From: Cladosporium halotolerans | Taxonomy: Eukaryota | Direction of reading: 5' to 3' | Assembly: GCF_011745625.1 (NCBI RefSeq) | Contig: NW_027191478.1 | Location: forward strand, 186,001-250,000 | Length of the DNA stretch: 64,000 nucleotides | Part shown: in pieces, positions 37,539 to 50,620 of the stretch | Position numbering within the stretch: the stretch's first letter is position 1 | How the letters are laid out: each line of letters begins with the position of its first letter | Program-made: the position numbers and the translations under genes | The notes under the pieces: generated by a model | Database searches by the model: none | Seen by the model: only the letters and a program-made list of their open reading frames with translations | What the model was told of the DNA's origin: nothing

Positions 37539-38261
37539 ATGCCGAAATCCAAGCGCTCAAAGGTCGTGCACACCTCGCAGGTACAGAAGAAGCCGGCGAA
37601 AGAAATCAACGCGGCGCTGTTCGAGCTCGTGCAGGAAGCCGTCGACGCCTACCAGCACATCTTCGTCTTCAGCGTCGACAACATGCGCAACACCTATCTG
37701 AAGGAGGTGCGCCAGCACTTCTCCGACTCGCGCATGTTCTTCGGCAAAACCAAGGTCATGGCGAAGGCGCTCGGCCTGACGGACGCTGAGGAGCACGCGC
37801 CTGGCCTGCACAAGCTCAGCAAGTACCTGCAGGGCAGCGTCGGCCTGCTCTGCTCGAACAGGGAACCCAAGGAGGTTCTGGAGTACTTTGAGGGATTTGT
37901 GGAGGTGGACTTTGCGCGCGCTGGCATGGATGCCACGAGGACCTTCACAGTACCCGCCGGCGTGGTATACAGCACGGGCGGCGAGCAGCCTGCAGAGCAG
38001 GATGTGCCTATGCCCCATTCTCTGGAGGCGACGGTTCGCAAGTGGGGAATGCCGACAAAGCTCGACAAGGGCAAGGTTATCTGCTTGGAGGACTACGCAG
38101 TGTGCAAGGAGGGCAAGCCCATGAACAGTGACCAGACCGCGCTGCTGAAGCTGTTCGGCATCGCGACTGCGGAGTTCAAGGTTCAGGTTTTGGCTTACTG
38201 GAGCGCGGCCTCGGGTGAGGTCGAGGAAATAGAGGGTGCCGACGCAGTGATGTCAAATTAG
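37539..38261 (+). CDS. MRT4: Ribosome assembly factor Mrt4
   Basis: MPKSKRSKVV, NMRNTYLK, FFGKTKVMAKALG and DFARAG. Confidence 0.95.
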   Translation: MPKSKRSKVVHTSQVQKKPAKEINAALFELVQEAVDAYQHIFVFSVDNMRNTYLKEVRQHFSDSRMFFGKTKVMAKALGLTDAEEHAPGLHKLSKYLQGSVGLLCSNREPKEVLEYFEGFVEVDFARAGMDATRTFTVPAGVVYSTGGEQPAEQDVPMPHSLEATVRKWGMPTKLDKGKVICLEDYAVCKEGKPMNSDQTALLKLFGIATAEFKVQVLAYWSAASGEVEEIEGADAVMSN

Positions 38262-38518
38262 ATCTAAGGAACGGCGCAGATGGCATGGAAAAGGGCTAGA
38301 TTATTGGCTGCTGGTTTGGCGCATATGCGGTTTCTGTTTTACTAGGACGTCGATATCATTCTGCATGAATACAGCGAGGCGTTGGTGGGTTCATGGCTTT
38401 TTGTCCGGCCTCTTTTCATTTAGGCTAGCTAGCTGCGAGAAATGCACACTCGTCTAAAGCCGATGCAAACGCCCCATTTCATCCCAGCCATTCATTCGCC
38501 AACCGCAAATACACACGC

Positions 38519-39121
38519 TTAAGCCTCAGTAGAAAGCTTGGCCTTGCCGTTGGTGACCTTGACACCGAGCTCCTTGGCGCGGGAGACAATCTCTATCCTC
38601 TTCTTGGCAGAGACGGCGTGGGCAATCCTGGATTGATGTTAGTTTCATGTTGCGGCGGCTGAGAATCATGGCGTTGATTGTCCAAATATCAGAGAGTCTT
38701 ACTCGGCGGCGTAGGTCTTGTTGTGCATGAGGAGGAGGTCGAGGTCACGGGTGTTGTTGACGAGGAAAGCCTTGTGGCCGGAGGGCATCATGTGGCGGGT
38801 CTTCTTGTTGCTGCCGTAGCCGATCTGTCAAGAGATCCAATATCAGCATTTGTCCCATGTAGTTTCATGTCGGAGTTTTCGCATCGCAATATTTCCTCCA
38901 TCTTGACTTTTTTTTCGCAATTCCTCTCCGATCTTCCTGGCGGGGTCTCAACGCACCTTGGGCATAACGGCCTGGCCCTTGAAGCGTCTCCTCACGGCAT
39001 TGTCGATACCCTTGGGCTTCCTCCAGCTCTCGCCAACGCACTTGAAGCGGTCACTCTGGTGACGCTTGAACTGCGCAGTGCGCTTCTTGACGATCGGGAC
39101 GTGCTTCTTTGCGGCAACCAT
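38519..39121 (-). CDS. RPL32: 60S ribosomal protein L32 (eL32), 3 coding exons plus a 5'UTR intron
   Basis: [43 protein letters not shown], then [12 protein letters not shown], then [10 protein letters not shown]... Confidence 0.96.
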
Positions 39122-40443
39122 CTGTGCGGTATTCTGTTAGTGATGCTCGGAGGCGGGTGTGGGCTTCGTTTGTCGGCGGAAAAACTCGAGTCGAAAATCG
39201 TGGGCACGTTCTGCTCGAGCGTCTCGGACGGCGGTGGGACGTACTTTGTCGGTGTTGGCGGTGTCGTCGGTCGGGGTCGCTGGTCGATTCGCGGTCGTCG
39301 TGAAGTCTCGCTTCCTCAATTGTGTGGGCTGCAAATTCGCTACCGCAGCTGGGCCGTGCAGGGCTTCAATCTTGGCGCCCGGCTTTCCTTCCGCGTACAC
39401 TTGCAGGCGCAACTTGACCTCCGCTTGCGAGGACCCGTAGTTGCGGGCGGTGCCATCAATAACTGGCAGCAAAAATACAGCATAGGGCAGACTCATAAAG
39501 TCGCGTACACACGGCGACGTTCCGCATGAGATGAACTAGGCTCACAATGTACCCTGCCGTCCATGGTCTACTCTCCATTGGAAAGCAATGCAAAATAAAG
39601 TCCATCCACAACTGATTGCACTCCAAGCCAGTCTTCATCAACCAGATTGTGAGTGTTGGTGTAGATGGGACGTCGCGCACAGAACTCTTGGGAGAATGCT
39701 TCTGCCTTAAAGTTCTATTGCATGGTCCTCCAAATCGGACTTTCCAACTTCATGAACTCTGGGAGAGCGCCTCAAAGCCAAACGATTTTCGTCATTAGCT
39801 CTCAGTCGAGATCAGGTATCATTCACATCGGCTCCAGATATCCTCGCCTAGCAGCAGCTATTGGGCTTGATCACGTTCCCCGAGGATTCTGATCTGGATG
39901 TCGACAGCAGGTCATCAAAGGAGCACCAAACCTGATCGGCAACGATGTTCCCTCCAAGTGATGCTTTACGCTGTAGATTTCATCTCCAGCCGCGCAATAC
40001 GTAAGGTATCGTTCTAAACAAAGATGCGTTGAATTCGACATGCAGCATGCGTCTTCCGATCAGACGAGTCGCGAGCATCACTTCCACTGTTGAGAGCCTC
40101 CGGAGGTAGGTCGGTCCCTCGTAAGCCTGTCCACAGCTATACATACTGGGCGCCATAGGATGGACAAATCATAGGTGCTAATCCACGTCGGGAAATACTC
40201 GCAAATCTACAAATATGGGACGTGGCGGGATTCAATGACGACTCCCATACTTTTACGTCACTCACGATAGAGCTCTGGGGATTGGGCGCAGCAACATCCG
40301 GTCATGTCTTGAAGGGAAAGAAAATGCTTCACAGAGGCAAAGTGCAAACGAGGAACGAGGAACCGCAGCGGAGCGCAGAAAGATGATCCAACATTATCGA
40401 TTATATCACCACATTTACACCCCATCCATATCCAGCAATCCGT

Positions 40444-40890
40444 TTAGAAAACAAGCGAGGCCGCCTTGGCCGTCAAACCCGCCAGCACAACACTGCTAGC
40501 CGAGAACAGCGAGAACCTGACCATGATATTGTTGACGGTAGCCTGCACAATCGAGTGCGCAATCCTCAACCCAACGTATCCCCAAGCCGCCGCCAGCGTG
40601 ACATTGTCGTTCACACCCAGGTACGTCAGCGTCAGGATCGTGCCGACGAAGTACGTCGGCTGCTCGTGCAGGTGGTTGAAGTTCTGCGCCGGCCACTGGA
40701 TCTCGGGCGGCAGCATGGCCTCCATCTTGGCCTGGGACAGCGAGGAGTCCATGTTGACCTTGTGCCGCGAGAGGGCCGGCAGGCGTTTGCTGTACATCCA
40801 GGTCTGCATGACGAGGGTCCAGGCGTTGAGGGTGACGAGGGGCGCGAGGAGGGGCGCGGCGGTACCGACGGGGGTGTTGATGAAAGACAT
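40444..40890 (-). CDS. MAPEG family membrane protein
   Basis: WMYSKRLPAL, NFNHLHEQPTYF and AWGYVGLRIAHS, with 3-4 hydrophobic helices. Confidence 0.85.
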   Translation of the reverse strand: MSFINTPVGTAAPLLAPLVTLNAWTLVMQTWMYSKRLPALSRHKVNMDSSLSQAKMEAMLPPEIQWPAQNFNHLHEQPTYFVGTILTLTYLGVNDNVTLAAAWGYVGLRIAHSIVQATVNNIMVRFSLFSASSVVLAGLTAKAASLVF

Positions 40891-41615
40891 TGTTGGGTCG
40901 GTGTTTTGCTTTTATTCTTGGCTGGTTTGTTTATTGAGCGCGTTTATGTGATGCGGTTCGCTAGATTCGAGTCGATGGCGTTCTGCGCGACCTGGTGGTA
41001 AGAGATACTGGGCAAATAAAAATACCTTGCAGCCGCCTGCTCCCGGGATCAGAAGAGCGGGCGCGAACTATATAACAACCCAACGGCGGGCACGCGAACC
41101 CCCTTCGCGAAGAGAGGGCGTGGCACCGTGGTGGGTGGCTGGAAGCCTGGAAGCTTGCCCCTCAATCTAGTTCCCGCGTCGATCATATCGCTAGGTTGCC
41201 GAGGCGGTGCTGGCGTAGCTTATCGACCACACATGCATGAGCAGCTTGGGCCTGAGATCGCAGCAGCGATCGATCGTACGACCGGTTGAATCGACCCGAA
41301 TTTGGATTGAATGAATGGTTTGCTGGATTTGCGGCGTTGTGCGCCGCTTTCGACAGGTCGACACATCGTAGCGAACATGGCTCGCTTCGCTCGTGCGTCG
41401 ACCGTTGCGCGAGGTCTATGCTAAACGTCTGTATCGTCATCCGCCCCGGCTAAGGAAATCAAATCACTCCATCACACCATCGCACCGTTCCATGCCCAAG
41501 CCCGTCGTCAACACAAGAAAAAACAATGCGTCCCGATACCTTGATGACACAAAATGAAAACTCCATGTCCGCAAAGCGCCCACCTCTTTATGTTCACAAA
41601 ATGCCAAAGCTCCCA

Positions 41616-44600
41616 TCAACCCCGATCCTGCTTCAAATGCAACCCGCACTTCTGGCAGACGAGCCGCACGCCCTCCGCGCCCCGCCTGGCCGAAAAGCCT
41701 AGCCCTCCGCAGCGCCGGCACGTCATGCGCTTCTCCGGACCTTCCTCCTCGGCGTCGCCAAAGACGTCGTCGTCGCTCACGTCGCTTCGCTCGATACTAA
41801 GCTTGCTAACGAGACTGGCGCGCGAGGGCCGGCGCGGCGCGTCGAGCTGCTCGCGCTCAGCTCTAAGCTGGCGCTGGCGCTCGAGAGGTTCCCGGAAGCG
41901 CGCCGGGTTCCAGAAGTAATCGGAGTGGCCGGCGGCATCGAGAGCCATGTCGTCGCCAGCGGCCTGGCGGTGTTCGATGTCGGCTTTGAGGGAGATGACG
42001 CCGGCTTCGTCGGTGTTGCTGTGGCCTTCGGCGACGTCGAGGGAGGTTGGAGCTGTGGATGAGGCGCTTTCTTCTTCTGCTTGCGTGGTCATCGTAGGTG
42101 CGTTGGAGCGCAGGTTTGAATCAGGCCGTGATGACGTCCGCTCGAGCGACTTGTGTGGCGATATACTCCGGCTGGTGGTTTTGCTTTGTTGTGCGCCGTC
42201 GTTGCTGTTGATGTTTGGCGTACTCGCAATGCCCTGACGCCAGGATAGAATGCGATCGGAGGGGGCGACATGCGATGCCGCAGAGGTTCGGCCATCATGC
42301 AAGCTGCGCTGGCTGGCTTTTGTGGCGATGGACGCTCCAGCAATTGAGTTGGTGCGACTTGATGTCCCTCTCTTGCCGAAGATGGAAGCCCTGTCCCACT
42401 CTTCGCCCTTTCTCTTCGCCCAAGCGCAATCCTGTCGAAAGACCTTGATCGTGCCCGTGTAATCAGCCGTGACGATGATGCCCCCATCTCTATGTATAGC
42501 CTTCGACGAGTTCAAGATCGACTCTCGAGACCTGTCGAGACTGCTGCGGCCTCCCAAAGAATGTTGCGCAAAACTGCCATTCTCTGTCGGTGGTCGCGAA
42601 GAAGCTCGACTTTCTGTTCGCTCTCGCTGGATCAGGCGGTTGAGTGTAGGCGGGTTGCACAGATCGTACACCGGATCTTCGCTCTTGCCTAGAAGATGTC
42701 GCGTCTTTGCTGGCGCAAAGCAAGCCACCGTGGTCGGCGAGTCGTGCGCTTCAAAATTCTCGACGGGTTGTTTATCGTGCGCGTCGTTTCCAATGCCAGC
42801 CAAGGACCAAATGAACGCCTTGCGGTCCTCGCTTCCGCACACCACATAGCGGCCGTCGTCGCTCAGCGTGGCTCGAATCTGCGAAGAGTTGTTCTGCACG
42901 CCCTTGAATTTGAGCTCTAAACTCTTGTCCCTAAAATTGTATAATCGGACTCGTGAGTCGTTGCTTGTAATCAGGAGCTTCACATCCCCACTTGCTCCAT
43001 GATACGACTGAATAGCAGTGATCTTGCTGCCACGTGCATTTGGGCCTTTGGCCGAGCGAACGTGGATCTGCGTCTGGTACTTCAGGCCGTCGGTTTCGTA
43101 GAATAGACATTGTCCATCTAAGCAACCTGCCATAGCATACTTTCCGTCCGGCGTGAATCCCACGGCCGTGATCATGTCCGGCGCTTGCGCGGTAAACGCC
43201 ACGCTTTTGTCCGGGATACTCCAGAGTCGCAGTTTCGCATCCAGCGATCCAGCCAAGAAGAACCGGTCATCTTTCGGGTGAAATGAAATCGACGGGACGA
43301 AGTCGTTGTGCTTGAACGTGCAGAGGCACTCTTTTCGAGAAATGTGCCACAGGCGCACCGTCTTATCCATCGAAGAAGATAGCAGGAAATTGTTCTTACT
43401 CCAGCTGAGATCCAGAATCGTAGAGCCGTGGCCGCTCCATTCGCGGACCGGTTGTGGGTGGAAGACCGGCGCATTCAAACGCTCTGCCGGGCCGTTCTCA
43501 CCAAACGACGCAGAACTTGGCGTTTCGGCCTTTTGGCGGTCCTCAGGGCTCGATAAAACCTGCCAAACCCGTACGACCATGTCCGCCCCAGCAGCAGCGA
43601 GGTACTTCCCGTCCTTGCTGAACTCCATCGCCCAAACAGTATCCGACGAATCGATCGCCGCCGAGCTCTTCCTCCGCAACTTGTTACTCTCCGTCCTCAC
43701 CATCCTCCTCCGCACTCCGCAAAGCAGCTCCTGCGCCAGGAACAAGCGGTCGAAATCTCGCTTCGCCTTAAACTTCGAGCGCACCTTGATATACGCCGGC
43801 GGCTGCGGGTGCCTGGGGTTGAAATCGACATTGTCGAGCGGCTGCGCGAAGACGTGCGCCTCGGTGCCCTCAGGCCGGGGCTCGACGTCGTCGTCGTCCA
43901 CGACAGCCTGGTCCGTAGCCTTCTTCTTGTTGCCGCCCATTAATCGTCCGAGGAAAGTGACGGCCTTGACGCTCTTCTTCAGCTCTTTGCGCGCGCCGTC
44001 GCCCGTGTCGGAGCGTTGGAGAGGCGCCTGCACGGGCGGCGCGGCATGCTGGTTCGACTCGGCGGCGTGAATGGTCGTGCTACCTGAGGTCGTCGGGCGC
44101 AGGACGTGCGACTGTGGCTGGTGGAGCGGTGTTCCCGTCGTGCGCGCGAGGATTTGCTGATGTCACGGTTGGGTGTTAGCGGGAGGTGCTCCGAGAGTAG
44201 GGTCGTGGAATGGAGGGTCTTCTTACCTGTGAGAGCGGGTCGATGGGCGAGCGCACGTCTTGTCTGAGACCCGCATCGCGGGCTGGGCTTGCGCCCCTGC
44301 TGGGCGACGAATTGGTGTTTGACAGCGTCTTGCGCAGTCGACCCGGCGACGGACGACTGGACGAGGGCGTGTCCGGTCTACCTACCGGCATGGTCAGCTC
44401 GGCGTGCGCGCATGCGCGGGAGAGCAGGTCGCGTGTTCGCTGCGGCGTTGCACGTGGGCAGGCCGGGCAGAGACAAAGAAACGCCGGGGCATGGCGTTGC
44501 GCGGTGTTTCGTCTTTACTCGTTTGGCTGCTGCGCCGCGTGCTCGCGATCGCATGGGCGGGTGACATACCAGTTCCATCTCCCACGCTCGAGGCCGTGCC

Positions 44601-44744
44601 GGGCCGGGCGGCTGGTCTGTCAAACTCAAAGCTTGTGTTGCTGTCAACTCTCTTGACGGGGCTCGCTGGGCTCATTGGCGCCGACATCTCCGAGTGCTTG
44701 TTGTAGGGATCGGTGAGGGTGAAGGCTGGGAGCGCGTCGGCCAT
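41616..44744 (-). CDS. WD40 repeat protein, WDR44/Dgr2 family
   Basis: VWAMEFSKDGKYLAAAG, ILDLSWSKNNFLLSSSMDKTVRLWH, FHPKDDRFFLAGSLD and LITSNDSRVRLY. Phase-consistent introns 44569-44382 and 44226-44157. Confidence 0.9.
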
Positions 44745-45618
44745 GGCGAGCGTGCGCGGGACTGCGTGCGCAGCATCTCAGCGCCCCGGAGCTGCGATCT
44801 GACCTGCAGTAGTTGTAGTCGTTCGGTCGTGCTTTAAAAGCATGGGAGACTCGCAGAGCGGGAACGGGCATGCAGCGCAGCGCAGCGTGGATCCCGGTCG
44901 GGTCTAGAAGGACAAGCGTTTGCGGGCCGGGTCAGACCCAACACCGAACTCTAGTCAGCCCTCACATCGGCAACCGGGGCTCGCGCATGATTTGCGCAGG
45001 TGTGAGTGGAGATGTGCCTGTCAGCCGCGTGAGCCGGAGAATATTGCGAAGCATCTCTGCTGCCGACGGCTCGATATCCGTCCACTCGCGCCTCTTCTTG
45101 TGATCGCTCCACCTCACCGGATGCTCTCGCTTACGATACTAGTCTAGTTTCTGCATTCTCACCTCATGCGGCGTGCATAGGACTGGGTCAGCCCTGGTTG
45201 TGTGCGTCATAGCGTCTGTGCGTACGATCCCCTGCACCAAACCGCTGGAGTGCCGTTTGACTCGCTACAGCGCGCCGGCAATTAGGGCATGGCGCGTCGC
45301 GGTGCATCATGCACGCGCAACGTAGATGCAGGCGTGCACGCAGCTCAAGCACTGTTGTGACGGTGCAATAGGAGGGGTACAGTGAGGTACATGCCACGAA
45401 GAGGAAGTACCTAGTCTGTGATCAAATATCTGGAGTCGAATTTCTGCGTGCTGTGCTAACTAACTAATTGCCACCCACACCCTAAGCCAACGCCTCTCTT
45501 GATGCATCTATATTCGAGACGCGAAGGTATCATAAAAGTGCAAACCCAGAACGCCATACCGTGCCTTGTCGGGACAAGTTGCCCACCATCCATTAGCCGT
45601 ACATGAATTGTCGCTCGT

Positions 45619-47012
45619 CTAGAAGTCCTCATCAAAGGAGAAGTCGCCGTTCATGACCGGCGCGGGCGTGCTGGCACCGCTGCCGTCCTTGGTGGCCTGG
45701 TTCTTCTTGAGGGACTCCATGACACCGGCCTTCTGGTAGTCACCAACACGCTTCTCGAAGAAGTTGGTCTTGCCACCGAGGGAGATGTTCTCCATGAAAT
45801 CGAAGGGGTTGGTGGCGTTGTAGTACTTGCTGTTGCCGAGGGCAAGGAGCAGACGGTCGGCGACGAACTCAATGTACTGGCACATGAGGGTGGCGTTCAT
45901 GCCGAGCAGAGCGCAAGGCAGGGCGTCAGTGAGGAACTCCTGCTCAATCTTGACGGCCTCGGTGATGATGCTCTCGACGAGGCTGGGGGCAGGCTTGTGC
46001 TTGAGCTGGGAGAAGAGCAAGCAAGCGAAGTCGGTGTGCATGCCCTCATCACGGGAGATGAGCTCGTTGGAGAAGGTGAGGCCGGCCATGAGACCACGCT
46101 TCTTCAGCCAGAAGATGGAGGCGAAAGAGCCAGAGAAGAAGATACCCTCGACGGCAGCGAAGGCAATGAGACGGCAAGCGAAGGTGGACTTCTCGTCGCT
46201 GATCCATCGAAGGGCCCAGTCGGCCTTCTTGCGGATGCAAGGAATGTTGTCAATGGCGTTAAAGAGGTACTGGCGCTGACGGACGTCGCTGATGTAAGTG
46301 TCGATGAGGAGCGAGTAGGTCTCAGAGTGGATGTTCTCCATCATGATCTGGAAGCCGTAGAAGCAGCGAGCCTCAGGGATCTGGACCTCAGAGCTGAAGC
46401 GCTCCACGAGGTTCTCGTTGACGATGCCGTCAGAGGCGGCGAAGAAGGCGAGGACGTGGGAAATGAAGAAACGCTCGTCATCGGTGAGGCGCTTGTTCCA
46501 GTCGTGAAGGTCCTTAGAGAGATCGATCTCCTCTGCTGTCCAGAAAGAGGCCTCGGCCTTCTTGTACATCTGCCAGATCTGTCGCGTGGTGTTAGCGTGT
46601 TTCATCCCACTTTACGCGTCTGTGACGCGATTGTCGGGACGCGTGCATACCTCGTGGTACTTGATGGGAAACAGCACGAAGCGGTTTGGGTTCTCCTGCA
46701 GCAAAGGCTCGTCTGCCTCTTCGGGCTTGACAGTCGATGCAATCTCTGGCTTCTTCTCGGGTTCCTGCTCGAGCATGGGAATGCCCTTGATGGGGACGGC
46801 GACCTCGTCCGAGTCGTAGCGGGTGTCAACCTCCTCTTTCACGTTTTCCTTGTCTGCCTGTGCGTTGAACTGAGGCTGCTTGACGGGCGACTCCATCTTG
46901 AAGTTCTCAATGGCGGACGCGGCCTGCATGCGAGTTAGTTGACGAGGTTCGAGGTTTTCAGCGCGACGACGTCATGACCAACCTTCTTTGATGGTGTCGT
47001 CTCGAAGCTCAT
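45619..47012 (-). CDS. RNR2: Ribonucleotide reductase small subunit
   Basis: [59 protein letters not shown] and C-terminal FDEDF. Two introns. Confidence 0.98.
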
Positions 47013-47134
47013 TGTGAATGCAGTAATTGGAGTATGAAGTGCTCAAGGGTATAATTGCAAAAAGGCAGAGCAGCGTGGATGATGGGTAGAGGACGAGACG
47101 AAGATGGTCGTGAAATGGAGAGGACTTAAGTGCT

Positions 47135-47316
47135 CACGAAACGCGCTTTCTCGCGTTTGCCGCCTTACCATTTGCAGACTAGCGCGGCATAACAAAGACA
47201 TCATGCAAGCAGGCTCCAGCCGTGCCAGCCTCCCTTTTTGCGCCGAGGTCGGAATTATCAGATCGTCCCGCGCGTTATCTGATCATGATTCGTGACAAAG
47301 GACGCGTTCGACGCGT
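47135..47316. promoter_or_regulatory. MCB/SCB-like G1/S elements upstream of RNR2
   Basis: ACGCGT at 47302-47307 and 47311-47316, CACGAAA at 47135-47141, and further CGCG cores. Confidence 0.6.
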
Positions 47317-48464
47317 TTGCTCGCAAAATTAGCCGGACGTGCACAGTTTCACAGGACAACGACGCTCTCGGCCCCTCGACTATGTGGTCCTTGAGTCTCC
47401 TTCACATTTGTACGGCTCACCAAGATGCCTGTGCTCTTCTTGAAGCCCACGTTGTTTTCTCCTCCGGTTTCCGACACGGACGTCATCCCTACGAGGCTAT
47501 GTGGTGGAGGAGCGACGCAGATTCCTCAATAGCGTGCAAAGCACTGTCAAGGAAAAGACTTACCTCGTGCAGGAGTATTTTCAGCCTGTGTGCCGTCGAA
47601 AAACTCTTGCTGGCTTTCTGTTGCTGCCAGTGGCGCATGCATAGGATGCAAGAGACGGCGGACTGTGTTGCTGGCCCTCATTGATCATCAGGAACAGATC
47701 GTATCCCAAATCATTGAACTTCAAGGAAAGAACGTAACGCATTTTGCTACATCGTAAGGGACCATAAACTCCATGCTCATATTTCATAAGCCTGATACTG
47801 CGATGCGTTTCGGGCCACTAACTCTCTGATCGGGAGCTCTTTGTCTAGACCGCTGATTTGGGCCTCTTCGTAAGTCACATCGTAGTAAAGATCGTTCTAC
47901 CGCCGTCTTTATCAAGCAGGATTACCTCTGATATTGATCTTTAGATAACAGCTCTACCGTCAATCCCCATATGTGACTTATCCAAGCATGTTCTCAGTGC
48001 AAATTGTCTCCGTCCGAAGCAACCGCGCAATCTCATCTCTGCGACGCCTTTCCCTCTCTGCGACCCAGAGGATCTTCAAGTCTCCTAAGACCAACCGCTT
48101 GTCGCCGTAGAAAATGTGAGGATCGGCTTTCATCGACACAGTCTCCCTCACCGGGGTGATTGTCAACAGCGTGACAACGTTGGTTCAATCTCGTGAAAGC
48201 AAAGTCGCGCATTGATGCTTCGCGGTGTAAAAGATGCCTTCTGAGGTTCGTTCGGAGTGAGGTGTGAGTTGTTTGCACGTGCGGCGGGCTGCCATCGCGC
48301 CTTCCCTCCCATCACTCACACGCTCCTTCCCTAGCAACCTCCTCGCCGCTGAACTTTTCTCTCGCCGGTTGCTTCGCCGCGCCCAACACAGACAACACAC
48401 TCCAGCCTCAGCCCATCGAATACTCATCATCTTCCATCAGCTCGACCGTGTCATCCTCGCGAAG

Positions 48465-50620
48465 ATGGATGTTGCACCCTCTCCTCGGGCCCTAAAGGAT
48501 GGCGGACGTCGCCCACCAACCGATCCGATTTGGCCGATGATAGACCAAAACAACCGCCGTCAAGCCGAACATGAAAAGCTCATCCACTCCGCAATGTTCC
48601 AGGCTGCCACACTCGACGATGAAGTCAAGTCTCAGCAAACTCGTTTGGATTCGATTGAGCACAAAGTCAAGGTTTGCGAGACTCGACACCAGAATGACCG
48701 CAGCATCTCACTCAAAGGCTGTACGTGACGCAAAAACAATCGACTAAGCTGCCATAACACACATGAATGAAGCTGACTTCCACAGTGAGCGCAATCAATG
48801 ACGTTCTCTCTTCGCCAGCCATCTCCAACAACCCCAAATCCATTCAAAAATGCGCCACGAGGCTCGGGGATGAGTTCGAGCAGGAAGCCATCTCGGTTGA
48901 GGATCAGATATCTCTCTTAGGCGCGATCATGGCATCTCAGATTACTCCAATGAAGGCTTTCGAGAACAAGATTCAGGAGCTGGAGACCAAGAATCAGAGC
49001 ATGTCTCAAGACCTTGCAGAGGCAAAGAACCGCATCTTCAAGCTTGAGGATCTGGTTCGTGCGCTGACCTTGCAGAAATCAACCGCGGATCCTCCAACGA
49101 AGATGGCTCAGCAGCTCTCAATTTCTACCAACGATGGTCAGATGCTCGATTTGAGTGTGCCTAGAGGGTCGCCCCTGGTGTCGCTCAAAGATAGGCGTGG
49201 GCCGTCGCGGACTTCCACCCCGGCAGGAATCGCCAGCACAAGTGGAACAATCCGATCGGCAGCTTCCTCGAATGCAAGCAACAGCAGGGCTCTGACTTCG
49301 GGCAATGGAGAAGCAGCTACCGCCTCCCGCTCTGCTGCGAGTGCCGATGGTGAGGCCAAGGGCCACGCTCCGGCGCCGAACGCTCAAGACTTGGGAATGA
49401 AGCCGCTTCCACCTGTTCCGGCAACTCTTTCCTCTACAAGCCTTACATCGACGCGGAAGACAATGCACAGCAGAGAGAATTCAAGGGCTTCCAACATCGC
49501 ATCATCATCCACGCCTATGGAGCAGACCGCTAGCAAGGTAATTCTCAGCAAGCCCCCGGTGTCACAGTCTGTCAGCGCTCACGTGCCGAAGCCATCCATG
49601 ACAGTGCCCAGGACTTCGTCGGTGATCGATTTTGCCGCTTCTTTCGGCAGGACTCAGGCACCACTTTCTTCTCACCCCTACACTGGTGCTACAGTGGGAG
49701 CTCCGCTCAACATGCCCGCTGCAGAAGTTGGCAAGCCAAAGCTTGTAGCCGGTCCGGCATCCAGAGGTCGTACGCTTGAGCGGACTCCCATGAGTCCATC
49801 TGACACTCCTCATACCTACACAACGACTCAGGCGACACACACGAAGAAGGTCCTCGAAGGGAACAAGAAGCCTGATGCACATGGACTATCCACTCAGTCG
49901 GAGTCGGCTCGTGGAAAGCAGGCTATCGAAGAGGACAAGGCACCCAGTGTCCAGTCGCTTCCCGCCTCGGTGTTCTCGGCTAGTCCTACGAGGAAGAAGA
50001 AGAATAAGAAGGGTCCTCTTGAGCCGAATTATGTAATCAGTACGGCATCCAAAGCCAGCAATGCGAACGAAGGCAATACGGAGCCCAGAGTCACCCCTTC
50101 TGTTCCAGCCTATGCACCGGCTTTTGCCGCCAGTGTTGAAACTCCCATCACTCCTGACGCCAGCAAGGATTCTCAGGCTCCTGGACCAAGACGCCTTGCA
50201 AAGGGATCTGCTTTCAAGATGGTCTCTCTTCTTGCTACCAACTCTACAGACAGCAGCGCGCCCTTGGCCAACGCGCAGGTCGTGGCTTCTCCAAAGCTTG
50301 CTCCAGTTGCTCCGCCGCAATCTCCATCAACTGCCAAACCCTCTCATCCGCCGGCCACTAAGATCGAGCCTTCTACCCCTGCGTTCAAGGTTGCGCCCTG
50401 GCCGGAGAGGCCGCACGTCCCGTCCACGCCTACTCAAGGCACCCGCTCAAGCAACCTGGGCGCCTCTATGAGAGCCAGCGCACCTGCTTTCAGTCCATCT
50501 TCTGCACCCGAACCGCAGACGGCTCCCGCCGGCCTGCCGATGTCCCCTTCTGTTCTGTCGCACCTGACCCCGGAAATGGCGGCTATGTTCCGGGCGAAGC
50601 TTCAATGGAGCGCTCGCTGA
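48465..50620 (+). CDS. Hypothetical protein: N-terminal coiled coil plus long Ser/Pro/Thr-rich disordered tail with a PAM2-like motif
   Basis: Exon 48465-48720 and intron 48721-48785 (GTACGT..GCTGAC..CAG, phase-consistent) join the 617-aa ORF. Confidence 0.7.

Noticed and set aside
38825..38956. Longer RPL32 intron as a possible snoRNA host
   Set aside because: No clear C box (RTGATGA) with terminal stem and no H/ACA architecture seen.
39500..40400. Gene-free interval checked for transposon or RIP relic
   Set aside because: No terminal repeats, transposase or RT motifs, or AT-rich RIP signature.
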